The notes beneath the pieces are model-generated. The model saw only the letters and a list, made by a program, of their open reading frames with translations. It searched no databases and was not told where the DNA came from. Positions 32,865 to 45,683 of a stretch of DNA of 64,000 bases are shown here, piece after piece. How positions within the stretch are numbered: the stretch's first letter is position 1; the number at the start of each line of letters is the position of its first letter. Source of the DNA: Babesia bigemina (lineage: Eukaryota); assembly GCF_000981445.1 (NCBI RefSeq), contig NC_027218.1, positions 558,001 through 622,000 on the forward strand, in the 5' to 3' direction. The position numbers and the translations under genes are program-made.

Positions 32865-34019
32865 ATGTCGTTGGTTAACATACCTCGCTACTGCGAGGAC
32901 CCCAACTACAGGTACAAAATGCCGAGACTACAATCGCGCATTGAGGGCAGGGGAAACGGAATCAAAACAAACATTTCCAACATGGGTGAAATAGCCCGAG
33001 CGCTCAAGCGGCCACCCACCTACGCCACGAAGTTCTTCGGTTGCGAACTAGGAGCAATGTCAAAGTTCGAGGAGTCGGAGGAGAAAGCACTTATCAACGG
33101 AGCACACACGGAGCGTGCGCTAACGCAGATATTGGACAAGTTCATCGAAATGTACGTGCTCTGCGCAGAGTGCCACCTGCCGGAAATTGAGGTGCTGGTC
33201 AAAAAGGGGGTACTCTGCTCAAGGTGCAATGCGTGTGGACACAAGGGCAGTCTGGACAACACACACAAGGCGGCGACGTACATGTTAAAAAACCCAGCCT
33301 GCCTCACCGAAATGTCCAAGCATTCAAGCAGGACTAAAAAGGACTCGCCCAAAGAGGGATCGGCGGATAAAGAAAAGGACAAAGACAAGGAAAAGGAGAA
33401 AAAGAAAAAGGAGAAGAAGGAGAAAGAAAAGAAGAAACGCGTCTCAGAAGACGGGCAGGAGGATGTCAATGGAGTCGACGGAGGCGTGCATGGTGAAGAA
33501 ATGGAAAAGCTCACCGTGGAAAGCGCTGAAATTTGTGACATTGTCGACCGGCTATACTCTTCTCTCGAAACTGGAAAGTTCGCAGACCCTGCAGACTTTG
33601 CCGAAGAAGTCCACATGCTGCAACTCTCACAGGATTTCGATAACGTATGCCGATTCTACGTCGCGTTCTGCGCTCTGTTCAAGGACAAGTTTGATGTCGC
33701 CGCGTTGGAGCAAAAAATGGTTTTGCTCAAATCGCTGGTCAAGTACGCAGTTCAGCCAAAGGACATACTCACCGCAATGGCTGCCTTTGTTGTTAAAATG
33801 CACCCCCAACAACTGGAGGAATACCCATACATTTGTCGTGCCCTGTACGCAGGCGATCTAGCTGAGGGACGTGACTTCTGCCGCTTCTACAGCAAAAGCG
33901 CAAGATTCGAAGGCTTCCTCGCCGAGGCATACTTACGGACCAAGGAAAAAGCGGAACCCTTCGTGACATGGCTACAGGAAGATGAAGATGAGAACGAAGA
34001 CAGCGGATCGGACGATTGA
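32865..34019 (+). CDS. EIF5: Translation initiation factor eIF5
   Basis: DPNYRYKMP...EGRGNGIKT, TKFFGCELG, zinc ribbon (CAEC...CNAC), Lys-rich linker and W2 domain ending PFVTWLQEDEDE. Confidence 0.95.
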   Translation: MSLVNIPRYCEDPNYRYKMPRLQSRIEGRGNGIKTNISNMGEIARALKRPPTYATKFFGCELGAMSKFEESEEKALINGAHTERALTQILDKFIEMYVLCAECHLPEIEVLVKKGVLCSRCNACGHKGSLDNTHKAATYMLKNPACLTEMSKHSSRTKKDSPKEGSADKEKDKDKEKEKKKKEKKEKEKKKRVSEDGQEDVNGVDGGVHGEEMEKLTVESAEICDIVDRLYSSLETGKFADPADFAEEVHMLQLSQDFDNVCRFYVAFCALFKDKFDVAALEQKMVLLKSLVKYAVQPKDILTAMAAFVVKMHPQQLEEYPYICRALYAGDLAEGRDFCRFYSKSARFEGFLAEAYLRTKEKAEPFVTWLQEDEDENEDSGSDD

Positions 34020-34953
34020 GTCACAATCGGCACATCTCCTCTTAATGTGGCTATGACGCTTTACATGGAGAGACGAAAAGTGCATTAAAATTTTTACTTC
34101 TCCAGCAGCGCTCACCCTTCGCCTGGAGTGCCGTGGACGCTGTGGTGTATGCACCTCAAACACACTCTAAATTGTTCTTACGTATTAAATTGAAATGTCG
34201 CTTCAGTAGCTGTTTCGAAAGACCGCTCGGAGCAATGCGCTCGCGCCGCCTGTCTGGATGCAACCGGTTCCCCCACTGTGCGCTGCGGCCCTGCAACACG
34301 GCTCACAACATTGTCCAAGCAAAACGGGCAGCTACTACTTTGAAGAATAGCGGTTGATAAAGGTGGGTGTGGCTCCGATTTGTGTTAAGCGCCGCTGCAT
34401 CGGCGGTGGCCGACGAACCCGCGGGCGTGTGGCCAGGCCCGCGGCGGATTCCATCGCAATTATCGCTGTAGCGGTTGTTCGTTCCTCTCATATTATGCAT
34501 TTATCGTTATCGTTTGTATTCTAGTGTGGTGTGTTCTTATCAGCTGCGGGGCTAGCATATGCGGATAGTTACGGCGAACTGCGGCCTTCACTCGGTTGTA
34601 ACTCGCCCATTCGGGTTAGGTAACTATCACGCGGACTACTCCAAGGCATCTATACGGCATTGGTAGTTGACATAAACATACTTTTGTGAGTGGTGTAACC
34701 TTATTTAACCGTTCGTGCGTACAAACGTCGTAAATTTTTTTCCGCATACAACGTGTTGGCCTCCAGGGAATGCCTAGTCGAAAGTGCGACCTTTTTTGGT
34801 CTTATACGTGACGAAAACGGCGTGTTTTGTGATTCTGTTTAAATTATTTGCTAAGGTTTCAGGGAGCACTGTCGGTTTGTGCGAGTGTATCTATTTATAT
34901 GCGTGGTGATTAGTTTGCATTCTAATCGAGATGCTCATGAAGCTGCAGACAAA

Positions 34954-35361
34954 ATGTCCGACACAGAAGCACCTGAGGCCGTTGCGCCCGTCAACACCCC
35001 CGAGGAACCGCTCCAGAGGTTGCTCCACTTGGCCATGTCCAAGGGCTGCCTCGTAAGAGGACTCCACCAGGTCACCAAGGCACTGGATGCCAAGAAGGTC
35101 AAGGCTTGCGTGGTTTCCAACCAAACCAGTGAGGAGGGCTACCTCAAGCTTATCCTGGCCCTGTGCAAGGAACACGGAGTGCCCTGCATTGAGACGGATG
35201 CCGACTGCAAGACTGTCGGAAAGTGGGCTGGTTTGTGCAAATACGACATTGAAGGCGTCGCCCGCAACATTGTGGGAACCACCAGTGTCGCAATCACCTA
35301 CTTTGACGAGTCATCGGAGACTTCTGAGGAAATGCTGAAACTTATCGCGTCATTGGCCTAA
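34954..35361 (+). CDS. RPS12: 40S ribosomal protein S12 (eS12)
   Basis: L7Ae-fold ORF with GCLVRGLHQVTKALD, ALCKEHGVP and GKWAGLCKYDIEGVARNIVG. ATG lies 6 nt after a CAG acceptor. Confidence 0.93.
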   Translation: MSDTEAPEAVAPVNTPEEPLQRLLHLAMSKGCLVRGLHQVTKALDAKKVKACVVSNQTSEEGYLKLILALCKEHGVPCIETDADCKTVGKWAGLCKYDIEGVARNIVGTTSVAITYFDESSETSEEMLKLIASLA

Positions 35362-35970
35362 AAGACCAAATAAAGTCTTGTATGATACCTGAATGACACT
35401 TTAATGTTGTAGCTGGTGGAATAGATTATGCGCTTTAGGGAAAAATATGTGTTGTATAGCATGTTGTGGGTAGCTGCGCTCCATTCCGTTCTAGCCGGTG
35501 TCGCCGCTACGCGTGATCGCCATGCTATGAATTGTTTATAGCAAGTCGTGGCAAAGTTATGCGGTCTTGCGTTACGATTCGTACTCCATAGTTTCATATG
35601 CTTGCCGCCGGGCAGCGCTGTTGTGGCTTGCGTTGGCAAACTGCGGTTATGGTGATGCTGAGATGTAGACGTGACGCTCGTATCACCCTTACCGCCAAAT
35701 CTGCAGCAAATCATACACATAATGATCTGATGACTCTGTGTGCGTCGCGTTTTCTCTGCTAATGGCACACGGATAAGTGAGGTGCCCAGTGACTTGCTCA
35801 TCATCAGGCGCACGACGACCGTGGGCGACGGACGGTGCGCCTCAGCAGACACCCGTCGGAGCAACCTGCATCAACAAATGCGCGGTACAATGTTATTTCA
35901 CGCAGATACATCGGCTGAAACACACGCCACGCAACATATAGCAATAGTAGAGCATTAAGTATGGTTCAAC

Positions 35971-36486
35971 TCAAGACGAGCTCTGCTCCATGAGGCTGCG
36001 GGTCAAGTGGCGCGCAAACTCGTTTACGATGTTGCAGCCGCGGCGAGACAGGCGGCGCCCTTTGTTGTCCTTGCTCTTCTCAAGGAAACCGTTAGCCTCC
36101 AACTGCTGCACGATCGTCCTGATGATCTTGCCGGAAGCAGGGCAGGTGTGGTTGGGAGCGCAGCCGCGCCTCTTGCGGGAGGCGTACACGTGCCTCAGCC
36201 TACCGATTCCCTCGTCAGGGTGGAAGTAAAGGTGGCGCAAAATAGCAGCGCTGCGAATGTAGAACCACTTTGGGTTCTGGGGAGCAAGCTCCTTCGCCAC
36301 GCTGGTCTTGGCGTAGTCGGTCCACTTCGGAGGGTCGACGTAGTTCTTCAGCTCCATCTGCTGAGCGAACGCGGCGATGAACACGTCCGGGTTGCAGTCC
36401 TTCAAAGACGTGTTGAAGCGACGGTAGGGCACATCAGCGTCCAAGCGGCCCACCCTGAGCATCTGCTTATCCAATGCGAGTTCCAT
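35971..36486 (-). CDS. RPS19: 40S ribosomal protein S19 (eS19)
   Basis: [17 protein letters not shown]...[14 protein letters not shown]...RRGCAPNH...[13 protein letters not shown]...GRRLS. Confidence 0.95.
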   Translation of the reverse strand: MELALDKQMLRVGRLDADVPYRRFNTSLKDCNPDVFIAAFAQQMELKNYVDPPKWTDYAKTSVAKELAPQNPKWFYIRSAAILRHLYFHPDEGIGRLRHVYASRKRRGCAPNHTCPASGKIIRTIVQQLEANGFLEKSKDNKGRRLSRRGCNIVNEFARHLTRSLMEQSSS

Positions 36487-37603
36487 CTGCAAACAATCTT
36501 ACGCCCAGAAAACACAGAAGATTAACCACGCCACACAGAGCCGTCTAACAGTTCGCTTATGAAAGGACATCAACCATGTGCCGAAGGGGGGGCAAAATTC
36601 ACCGCTGCAGCACGGCAGTTGAGCACATTTATATGTAAAATCGCAAAGAACGATTGCGATGTGACCGACCCGATACAGGGCCTGGCTTACACGAAGAGAG
36701 CGTAGCCGAAGCAGACCTCAACCCAACACAAGGCAGAACGAAACACATTTCACGCGGATTCGACGCCACCCACCTTAACAAATCGCCCCGATTGCCTACT
36801 GAAATAGAGGATACAACGAACTCCTAGTGAAAGGCGAGATTGGAGACCACGACGGCTCGTGGGGAGCTGTCAACCTGGCGCCGTGGGGAATCCTCGCGGC
36901 TACAAGAAATGAGCCGGCACACTTCTGGAAACGCGCCGTAAATATCGGGGGTGCGTGATTTTAGCTTATGGTGGGAAATATAGCCGAGGTGTGGAAGTAT
37001 ACGTCCAACCTGCCGGCATACCGTGGCAGTGGCTCATGAGCCTCTCTTCCACACTAGCTCTGACGCTATAACGGACGTCCTGTATCTGGGCAGCCTAAAA
37101 CCTGTCGTTATAGTTCTGCTTTGCGCGCATCGGTAAAGTCGAAGTTATCTTCAGTGTCTATGAACGTTACGTGCGACGTGTACTAGCAATTATGACGTAT
37201 GTAAAACGGTGGTGGCGCCACAGCTTAGGGTGCACAAATATGGCCAAATTGCCGTAATAATGGCGATTTTCCTCCGATTGCATTCGTTTGCGTCGGATGG
37301 AGATCGACCCCGCCTCTGACTCGCGTTATATCACCAAAACACGGCCGACACCCTTATCTGCACCGTGCACATAAAACAGTAAACGCGCTGTAAAATTGCG
37401 AAACGGGTTGGCCGATCATCAACGGCAACTACCTCGTGCGCCGATATGGACACCCGTATCCGGGGCAATGCAATAGGAGCACAACACACCTTCTGATCTT
37501 TTGATCACCAATCAGCTAAATATAATACAAAAGCGGTACCGACGTGTTCCGCCAATTTGTTTTGGGAAATAACGGCAATTCGGGTTAACTCTGCACATCC
37601 AAG

Positions 37604-39269
37604 ATGGACGCAGTTTACGATGTAAGTTCACGATGCCGAAAAGAGCAGCTCCTTCAGGTGTGTGTCTGTGGCACAGGACTCAAGGAAAGTATTCTGAGCG
37701 GGCTTCTCTCCCAGAGCGGTAATGAGGTTCACAGCCGCAAACACACCTTGCAGGGAAAAAGGTCCTCGTGATGGACAAAAACTCGTATTATGGAGGAGAG
37801 GCCGCGTCACTCAATCTTACAAACCTGTACAAGCGCTTTAGGCCAGGTGCGGATTAAAGTGATGCGCTGGATAACCGCGAGCAGGTACGGAACCGCCAAA
37901 GGAGTATGGGCCAAACCGTGACTGGAATGTCGACCTCATACCCAAGTTCGTTCTCGCAGGAGGCACCTTGGTCAAAATACTACGCGCAACGGAGACTTCG
38001 CACTACCTAGAGTGGCAGGTGCTTGACGGCAGCTACGTGTACCAGCACCAAAAGGCAACGCTCTTCTACGACGAAAAGTTCATCCACAAGGTTCCGGCCA
38101 CGGACAAGGAGGCACTCCAATCGCCGCTCATGGGTTTCTTCGAGAAAACCCGGTGTCACAACTTCTACCGATTCGTTGCCCAATTCGACCACACGGAACC
38201 AGAAACCTGGAAAGGCCTCAACCCTTTCAAGGACACCATCAAAGCGTATTACGACCACTATGGACTAGAGGAAAACACGGTCGATTTCCTGGGACACGCC
38301 GTGGCACTACACACGTGCGATGACTACATGAACGAACCAGCCTTCATGACCATTCTCAGAATGAAGCTATACATGGACTCCTTGATGAGGTTCGGGTCGT
38401 CACCCTTCATATACCCTGTGTACGGCCTCGGAGGCATACCGGAAGCGTTCTCCAGGAGATGTGCCATTTACAATGGCACGTATATGCTCAACAAGCCTAT
38501 TAATGGCTTCGAATTCGACAGCGAAGGAAAGGTGTGCGCAGTGAAGACCGCAGAAGGGGAGACTGCCAGGTGTTCCATGGTGGTATGTGATCCCACGTAT
38601 GTCGTTCACGCGCTGCCGCACAAGGTCAGGAGCGTTGGAAAAGTCATTAGGTGAGCTACTTCGTAGGAGTGACTCGTTGTGTTCGCCCACGAGGCGCATT
38701 GCCACCGCTACATGTCTTAGCTGACGTGGCATTAATGCTAGCGCATAATGTGTCAGGCGGTTGTCTTGTTTGTACGCCGTTTTACCTGCCATCAACTCAC
38801 ACTGCGCAGATGCATCTGCATCCTCGGCAATCCGATCCCAGACACCAACGACGCAACATCGTGCCAGGTCATCATTCCGCAAAAGCAGCTCGACAGGAAG
38901 CATGACATATACATCACGCTCGTCTCACACTCACACGGCGTTGCCACAAAGGGAAAGTTCGTATCTCTTATCTCTACAACTGTGGAGACCGACAACCCCG
39001 AAAGCGAAATTGAGCCTGCCCTCAAAATCATTGGGCACATCGAAGAGAAATTCGTGCAGGTCTCAGACGTATATGTTCCCACGGACGATGGCACCAAGGA
39101 TAACATTTTTGTTTCGGAATCGTACGATGCTACCTCCCACTTTGAGTCGGCATCGAACGATGTGCTACAAATGTGAGTTGGCGATCGCCGAGTTATATTT
39201 GGACACAGGTACCGTGCTATTACGGGCAAGGAACTTGATCTGACGGTCGTGGACCGCGACGACAATTAA
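37604..39269 (+). CDS. GDI1: Rab GDP-dissociation inhibitor
   Basis: Multi-exon gene: MDAVYD|VCVCGTGLKESILSGLLS, YYGGEAASLNL, NRDWNVDLIPKF, SPFIYPVYGLGGIPEAFSR and SYDATSHFES. Confidence 0.96.
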
Positions 39270-39376
39270 ACCAACGACCGCCACTGACGGGAGTCTGGCT
39301 GGACGAACCGTCGAAATGGGTCCCAACGTTGCAACCTAACTGGACACCGATGAAATATAATTTTGAATACCAATAG

Positions 39377-41514
39377 ATGGAAAACTTACAATGTTAGTGT
39401 GTAAATTAGAACTGCCGCTAAAGAAGCAGCTGTGTGTGCTCGCTCATAATTGCGCTATCGCCAAGCAGCGTATAGTAGCACACAGTCGACAATATGCCAC
39501 TAAGGCGGAACTGCTTCGTCGAGTTTATGAGACTCGAGCCAAAGCGGGATGAACGGGAAGACGCAAAGTGCCGAATCTCAGCTCCAGTACAACACTGGTA
39601 TGATGAAAAGGAGCTCAACTGCATAGAAAGGGAATATGTCGCCAGCATTTTACACGGTACGTGCAAACTGTAACGAATACGACGGATCTTTCAGATTACT
39701 GCGCCAATACGGACGATGCCAATAGCTACTATGTAGACATACGGTCGAAAATCATACAGCTTTACAACCGGGACCCGGCAAGGCATCTAACATCAACGGA
39801 CTGTATACGCTGTATAGGTATGTTACATTGGACGGCCAAACAGATTAAATAGATGCCGACCCGTCCACCATCGCAAAAGTCTACTGTGTTCTCAACTATT
39901 GGGGACTCATCAACCACGGCGCATTGAGACACCTCTCTTCAGCGGATGAATACCTGCACCAATTTAAAGTCAGTACGATGCATATATCTTACAAGCCGTG
40001 CAGAGGGAAATTGACACCATATCGCATGCATCTAGCGACGCAGACGTCGGCATTGCTCGTAAAGAAGTTGACGGAGCTAGCAACGTAACACCAACGGAGA
40101 ATTATTTGGATTGCGTAGATGCCATCAATGCGCCTTTCACGTTAGAAAGAAGTCTGATGGATCGAGAAATCTCAAAGAAGCATCTACCACAGCGTACATG
40201 TCAAAGCTGCCGTTCTCCATGTAAATACATGTATTACATGGTTGAAACTCCCGCCGATGGTATGTTTACGACGGTGAACTAGAAATGTGTAACTGTGCTT
40301 CATGTGATTTCAACTACAAACAATAGGGATTCTGAAACGCCCACTTGTAAGGCTATTTTATTTCGTTCCGTCGACTATAAAGACGCCACTTTTTTGATCT
40401 ATGCCTATGAAATTGCATTATTTCATGGTTCTACACTTTAATATGGTTTATAAATTACTTATAAGTGTATAATCGAATATACAGACAGCCTGGACAAGTA
40501 TAAGGAAGATGTCTGGTGTTCTCAGTGTTACGCCAACTCAAAATACCCACTACAAGTGCCCAGGAAAGCACTGGTAAATGTTATTATGCCAGTAGGCGCC
40601 AAGTGGTCGAAGCATCCATTCGTACCAAGCAAGTGGAACCGTTCCCGGCGGGAGAAGTTATACAACGCCATTGACAAGTTCGGAATGGACTGGCGCATGG
40701 TCCAAGAGGAACTGGGTGACGAGGTAACTGTTAGGGAGTGTATTTATCATTTCGTTATGGCCCCTCTGGAGCGTGAGACTCGAGGAATCGTGCGACTTCC
40801 GGTATGCTTTAGCCATATTGTGGATGGCAAGACGGATCTCCCGTTCTTCACCAGCCCAAACACAGTCACGGCCTTTCTCGCCTTTTGCGCATCCACAATC
40901 AGCCCCGTTGTCGCATCTCAAGCAGCGAAGACCATCTTAAACGATGTCATGAAGCCAGAAGCATGGCCACCCGGATATGCGAAATTTGAAGCGGACGAGA
41001 GCATTCAACGCCGAGATACGAAAAGCGCGGCAACAACAGAAGCCACCTGTCACACAACTGTAACTCCATTACGTAATGACAGGAAGGATGCAGATGCTGC
41101 AAATGCGAACAAACTCCACGGATTCACGTCCAATGAGCATGAAGTTAAAGGGGGGAAACAGGCCGAAGCAAGCGGGACCGTTGTCGCACAAGACAAGGAT
41201 GCGGAACATGATGCGCGACCGAATCCAACAGTTCCGGATACAACGCTGTTCACGGCATTCGAACAAGCGCTGCAAGTGTCCACAGAAACCTGCGCACGCT
41301 TGGCTGCAATGGAGCAGCAAAAGATAGATGCCGTGCTCGCCAGGATTATTGATCTCAAAATCAAAAATCTCGAGGAAAAGATGAAGTATCACGCAGGTTC
41401 CGAAGAGCACATGGACAACTGCAGGATACAACTGGTAAGATACAGCAGCCTACAACTAACTTGGTGCAGAGGCATGAACTATCGCGAATAATACACTTCG
41501 ACACCTACACATGA
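39377..41514 (+). CDS. SWI/SNF-RSC core subunit, SWI3/SMARCC-like (SWIRM, ZZ-like, SANT)
   Basis: Spliced: WYDEKELNCIERE...YVDIRSKIIQLY...VLNYWGLINH (SWIRM), CQSC...WCSQCY, SANT (LYNAIDKFGMDWRMV...ECIYHF), LPFFTSPNTVTAFLAF and a C-terminal coiled coil. Ends are approximate. Confidence 0.85.
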
Positions 41515-41688
41515 CGGGGATTCCCCGTGTAGGTAAATTAGGGGATAAGGTGTACCTGGTTTACACACTTTTAATTATCAAACTACTGTACAGTTAATAA
41601 ACGCGATGCCGAAACATCGCACATGATGGGGAACGCTATACAGCTATTGTCAACATAGAAATGAATTCCGTAACTTTTTGCCAATTTA

Positions 41689-42627
41689 ATGACAAAACAA
41701 CCTCTATCGACTATCCTCGCCGGTCGAGCGCGGGAGGTGTGGCGAGAATCCATACGCCGGGCTAGGCAAGACATCTTCGGCAGAATCAAAGGTAATAACG
41801 CCATGCCTGTGTATTATTCCGTGGTATATGTATACTGATTCATAAGTGCTAGCGTAAGAGCTTTTACAGCCCAGTATCTCTATTTGTTCAGCGAACTTAC
41901 GTCACTTGTCTTCACATGTTCAACCTAACATTTGTTTTTAGGTATGCCTGGAGAAAATGAATGGTTAAAACCACTTAGAGGTAGAAGCAGGACTCGCTGG
42001 TATTGGCCCAGCAAGTACCTGCACATGGATTTTACCTTGCAGCATTATCTTGCCATGCAACTCAAACGTATGGAGGCAAGAGAAGACCACCCGTCAATAA
42101 AAAAGCTTTGGGATACCGTTCGGATCTTTGCAGCCAACAAGTCACATATAGAAAAATTTATGGAGACTGTCGATCACGAGACTTTTACTAGGTCGGCTAC
42201 ACTACACGATGCTCAAGCGCTGTTGACGATGATTGGGGAGAAATCAGGTGGACAAGAACAATTAAATCCCGCCACAAATGAAACACTTGATGCTGATCGG
42301 TTTAGACCGTTTGTACAATACGCTCTAAGTCCGTTACGTGGTATCCCCAGACATTTGCAAGCCTCAAATCTCAGAAAAAATAACACCAAGCTCCGTCACA
42401 TGCTCGCTTCCGACGGCACCATTACTAACCTCTGGACGGTTCGCAACCGTTTCGTAGATGCGTTGTATCTCAGGAGACGTGCATATTATCTTGCTAAACT
42501 GATGAGGAAAAAGCCCATCAGCGAGACAATACAAAAGTATCGCAAACACTTCACTGTACACCCAGACCAAAAGGTTATATGGCCAGACAACAAAGGTATA
42601 TCGCAACATAGCTGGCCTTCGAGATAA
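41689..42627 (+). CDS. Putative mitochondrial ribosomal protein, mS33/Rsm27-like with C-terminal extension
   Basis: Exons 41689-41791 and 41942-42627 give RRARQDIFGRIKGMPGENEWLKPLRGRSRTRWYWP, resembling the mS33 IFG...PLxG...YYP pattern. Confidence 0.55.
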
Positions 42628-42998
42628 TCTGTGGTCTTAGTCGCTGTGAAGACAATTTAGGGACGATTTATGTATGGTTAAGACACAGATTTGTCCGAGC
42701 GCTCACTGCTCAATGTAACCAAAGTGGGTACATGAAGCAAATAACACTATCATTGTATAATTTTTATGTCGCCATGGCGCACACCAAAAGAGAGCACATA
42801 TCAGGAGTACGCAGCACATAAGTGGCAGATCGAAATAAATCTGGTAACCATAACCAGCTCCACAACCATCATCTGCGCAGTCCACAGTTTCGCACCCCGC
42901 ATCGTAACCACCGGGAGCCGACGCTGTGCAAAGCAAAGTAGTTATGTTATGCCGATTATATCGCTGTTAATTGGCGGCGGTGGCCAGCGCAGCGCCGC

Positions 42999-43583
42999 TC
43001 AGTAGCGCTGGTGGGCACCCTCGCCGTGCACATTCGCGGTGATGACCTTCACGTTCGGAATGTTGATCTTGAGGAAGTGGAGCATGTCCGCAGTGTCCTG
43101 GTCGATCTGGATCAGCGGCACGTCCACCTCAGAGTGCTCCGGCACGTAGTCCATGCGGCGCTCGCGCTCCTCCTCCTGCAGCTTCAGCGAGATGCCGCGC
43201 ACGGGGCCCTTCTGGATGCGACGCATCAGGTGGGTGATGAAACCAGCAACCTTGTTGCGCATACGCTTCGACGGGATCTGCGCAACCTCCTCAGCAACCT
43301 TCTTGTTGAAGTGGAAGTCAAGACCAAGCTTCGCGTAGTACTTCTCCACGATCTGACGCGCAGCGCGCTTCACGGTCTTCGTACGCACGCGACCCTGCAC
43401 AAACCATCAGTGCGGTTCAACACGCAAACGACACGCAGACTCGCTGGACCAGGCCGACACGGCAACTCACGCGGCAGGCGAACCTCCACACCGGCCTATA
43501 CAACACCGACGGCCAGCAACACAGGCACGCAAGCAATAAAACAGCATACACGACCGACGTAACACGTAATAGCCACTCACCAT
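42999..43583 (-). CDS. RPS17: 40S ribosomal protein S17 (eS17)
   Basis: ATG-only exon 43583-43581, 186-nt intron, exon 43394-42999: [20 protein letters not shown]...[18 protein letters not shown]. Confidence 0.97.
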
Positions 43584-44156
43584 TTTGACCTTTATACGAT
43601 AGTACAGACTACGGCACTCGTACCCCTTCTTGTCGCGATATCGTCTTAAAAACTGCGACACAAGCACGCCTCTCGATGCCGCAATGTACAAAAACAATTT
43701 GTGCAGCCGCCAACCAGCCGTCGCAGCCCGCTACCCGGCGAAGCTACCGCGTCAAACGACCTGTGGGGACGCGGCGTCCACCAGGGACTCCGGTAGAGTG
43801 AGGACTCTAGGCACACTTTCACTACTCCGCATCGATGAATCGGTACGTGTTGTGTAGGAATATGGTCAGCTGCGCGGGTGACGAGCGATTGGCGGCGAGC
43901 GCCCGTAGTGTGCCGGTCTCCGGATGAGGTTTCACGTGACCCGTGACCACCGCGTCTGTATTCCGTGAGGTGTACGTGTTACGCTAGCACATTGAGGCGT
44001 GTAAGCCGCGCCTTTTTGTACAGACCACCAGAATCAATGCAATACGCGCCGCGGACCAAACCACTTCATGTTAATGGCCAGCACGCATATGTTTGCTTCT
44101 ATGTTTAGTTTCGATGTCTATGTGGAGTGTGCCGTCTGCTAACTGTGCGTAGACAG

Positions 44157-45683
44157 TCACTGATCCGAACACAGCAGTTCGTTAGGCGCATTAAACTCGA
44201 TACAATACATATGCTTTTTCGGCGACACATCTCTCACCCTAGTGATCTTCTTATGCTCCACATTATATCGAAGGACGTTTTCCATTCGTTGGTTTATATC
44301 CAACTCCACATTGTCGCTGTCACTGAAGCAATAACAATGCACCATGCATGTGCGCAGACGCTCCGCTGGGATGTGTCGTGCTATGCCTCGAAAAACGTCT
44401 GCAAAATATTGCCACCACCGATGTAAGGCGTACCCATAAACTCGATTGCGTCCTTCGGCAAATTCATAACAAAGTGAATTTTAGATTCGGGTTGCAACGT
44501 GTGATCCTTGACCGATGATACGTCCCTGTCCAGAATGCCATATTCAACAACCGTCTTCGCGAAATCACGCGCGTCCAGATTGTATGGGTGCACTAAGTGG
44601 GTAAAGTTGTTTAAAGCTGCATTTATACCAATGAACCGAGCCCCAACAGGGTTAAGGTCGTTAGCGAATACCAAGCACCCTTTCCCAGCCGCATACATGG
44701 CAAACGGGCCGACACCTGCAAACATGTCCACCAAAACGTCACCCATATGAAAAGTGTCGCTGATGCGCTCACGCTCTTGTATCAAACGAGAGTTCCAATA
44801 TACATTTCGGAAGTCGACCTTGAATCTATACGTGTTTTCATGCTGCACCGCAACCAGGTCATCCACGCCACCCAAAAGCTCAAGCTCCATAGTACGAAAT
44901 TCGTTGTCCACCTCCCTCACTTTATTCACTACGGTTTTAATGTGCTTGTGCTTGTCTAACAAAATCTTTGCGATAATCTTCTTCGCCCATAGACGCTCGG
45001 CGGGGAGGTTCAAGTGAGCGATGTGACCCACCGTCTCGAAGCTCACCATTACACCATGTGAGTCACCCAATAACCTCAAGCACTCATCTGAAAGATATTA
45101 TAGAGGCAATTCGCAAGGGGCTTGCATTTGATATATAGGCGCCATTAACACGTATCGCAATTAGCGGCTTACCAATAGACATGTCAGCATATTTCCTCAA
45201 CGACGTGAAATTATGGTAAGCCACTGCTTCCGCTTTTATCATATCTTGCAAATCGGAATCTAGACTGTCCCAACCTGAACGAAATGCACAATCAAGCAAC
45301 TGAAATACCGCGCAACACGTATCGACGAGCGTCATCAGGAATTTCATAATCCCCCCAACGGGTTGTTGCGAGTATCTTTTTGTGATTCTTTGCGAGCGCC
45401 CTGTAATGACCTATATGCTCTCATCACAAAACCATACCTGAAGAAACCTTTCTCAGCGAACTTCGTATGATGTTCGGTTTTTATCGCCACAAAAACACAA
45501 TCTTCTTCCGTCACATAACTACGACAGAGTTACAATCTTAATAACAAAACATCTGCATAGCCAACGTTTCACTCACTTTTCCAAGTCTTCTACCGATTCT
45601 ACCCGCCTAGATTCTGATGTGGTCGACGCCGACGAGTGTATGTCGTGGCGACGACGTTTCATCAGCCGTCCATCTGCCTCCAT
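44157..45683 (-). CDS. TRM5: tRNA (guanine37-N1)-methyltransferase Trm5
   Basis: Multi-exon gene: SFETVGHIAHLNL, VYWNSRL, DMFAGVGPF, ANDLNP, HFVMNLP, VHCYCF and VRDVSPKKHMYC. Confidence 0.92.

Noticed and set aside
34767..34778. 12-nt identity GGAATGCCTAGT to 18S rRNA in the RPS12 intron
   Set aside because: It is in the sense orientation, so it cannot guide, and it is within chance expectation.
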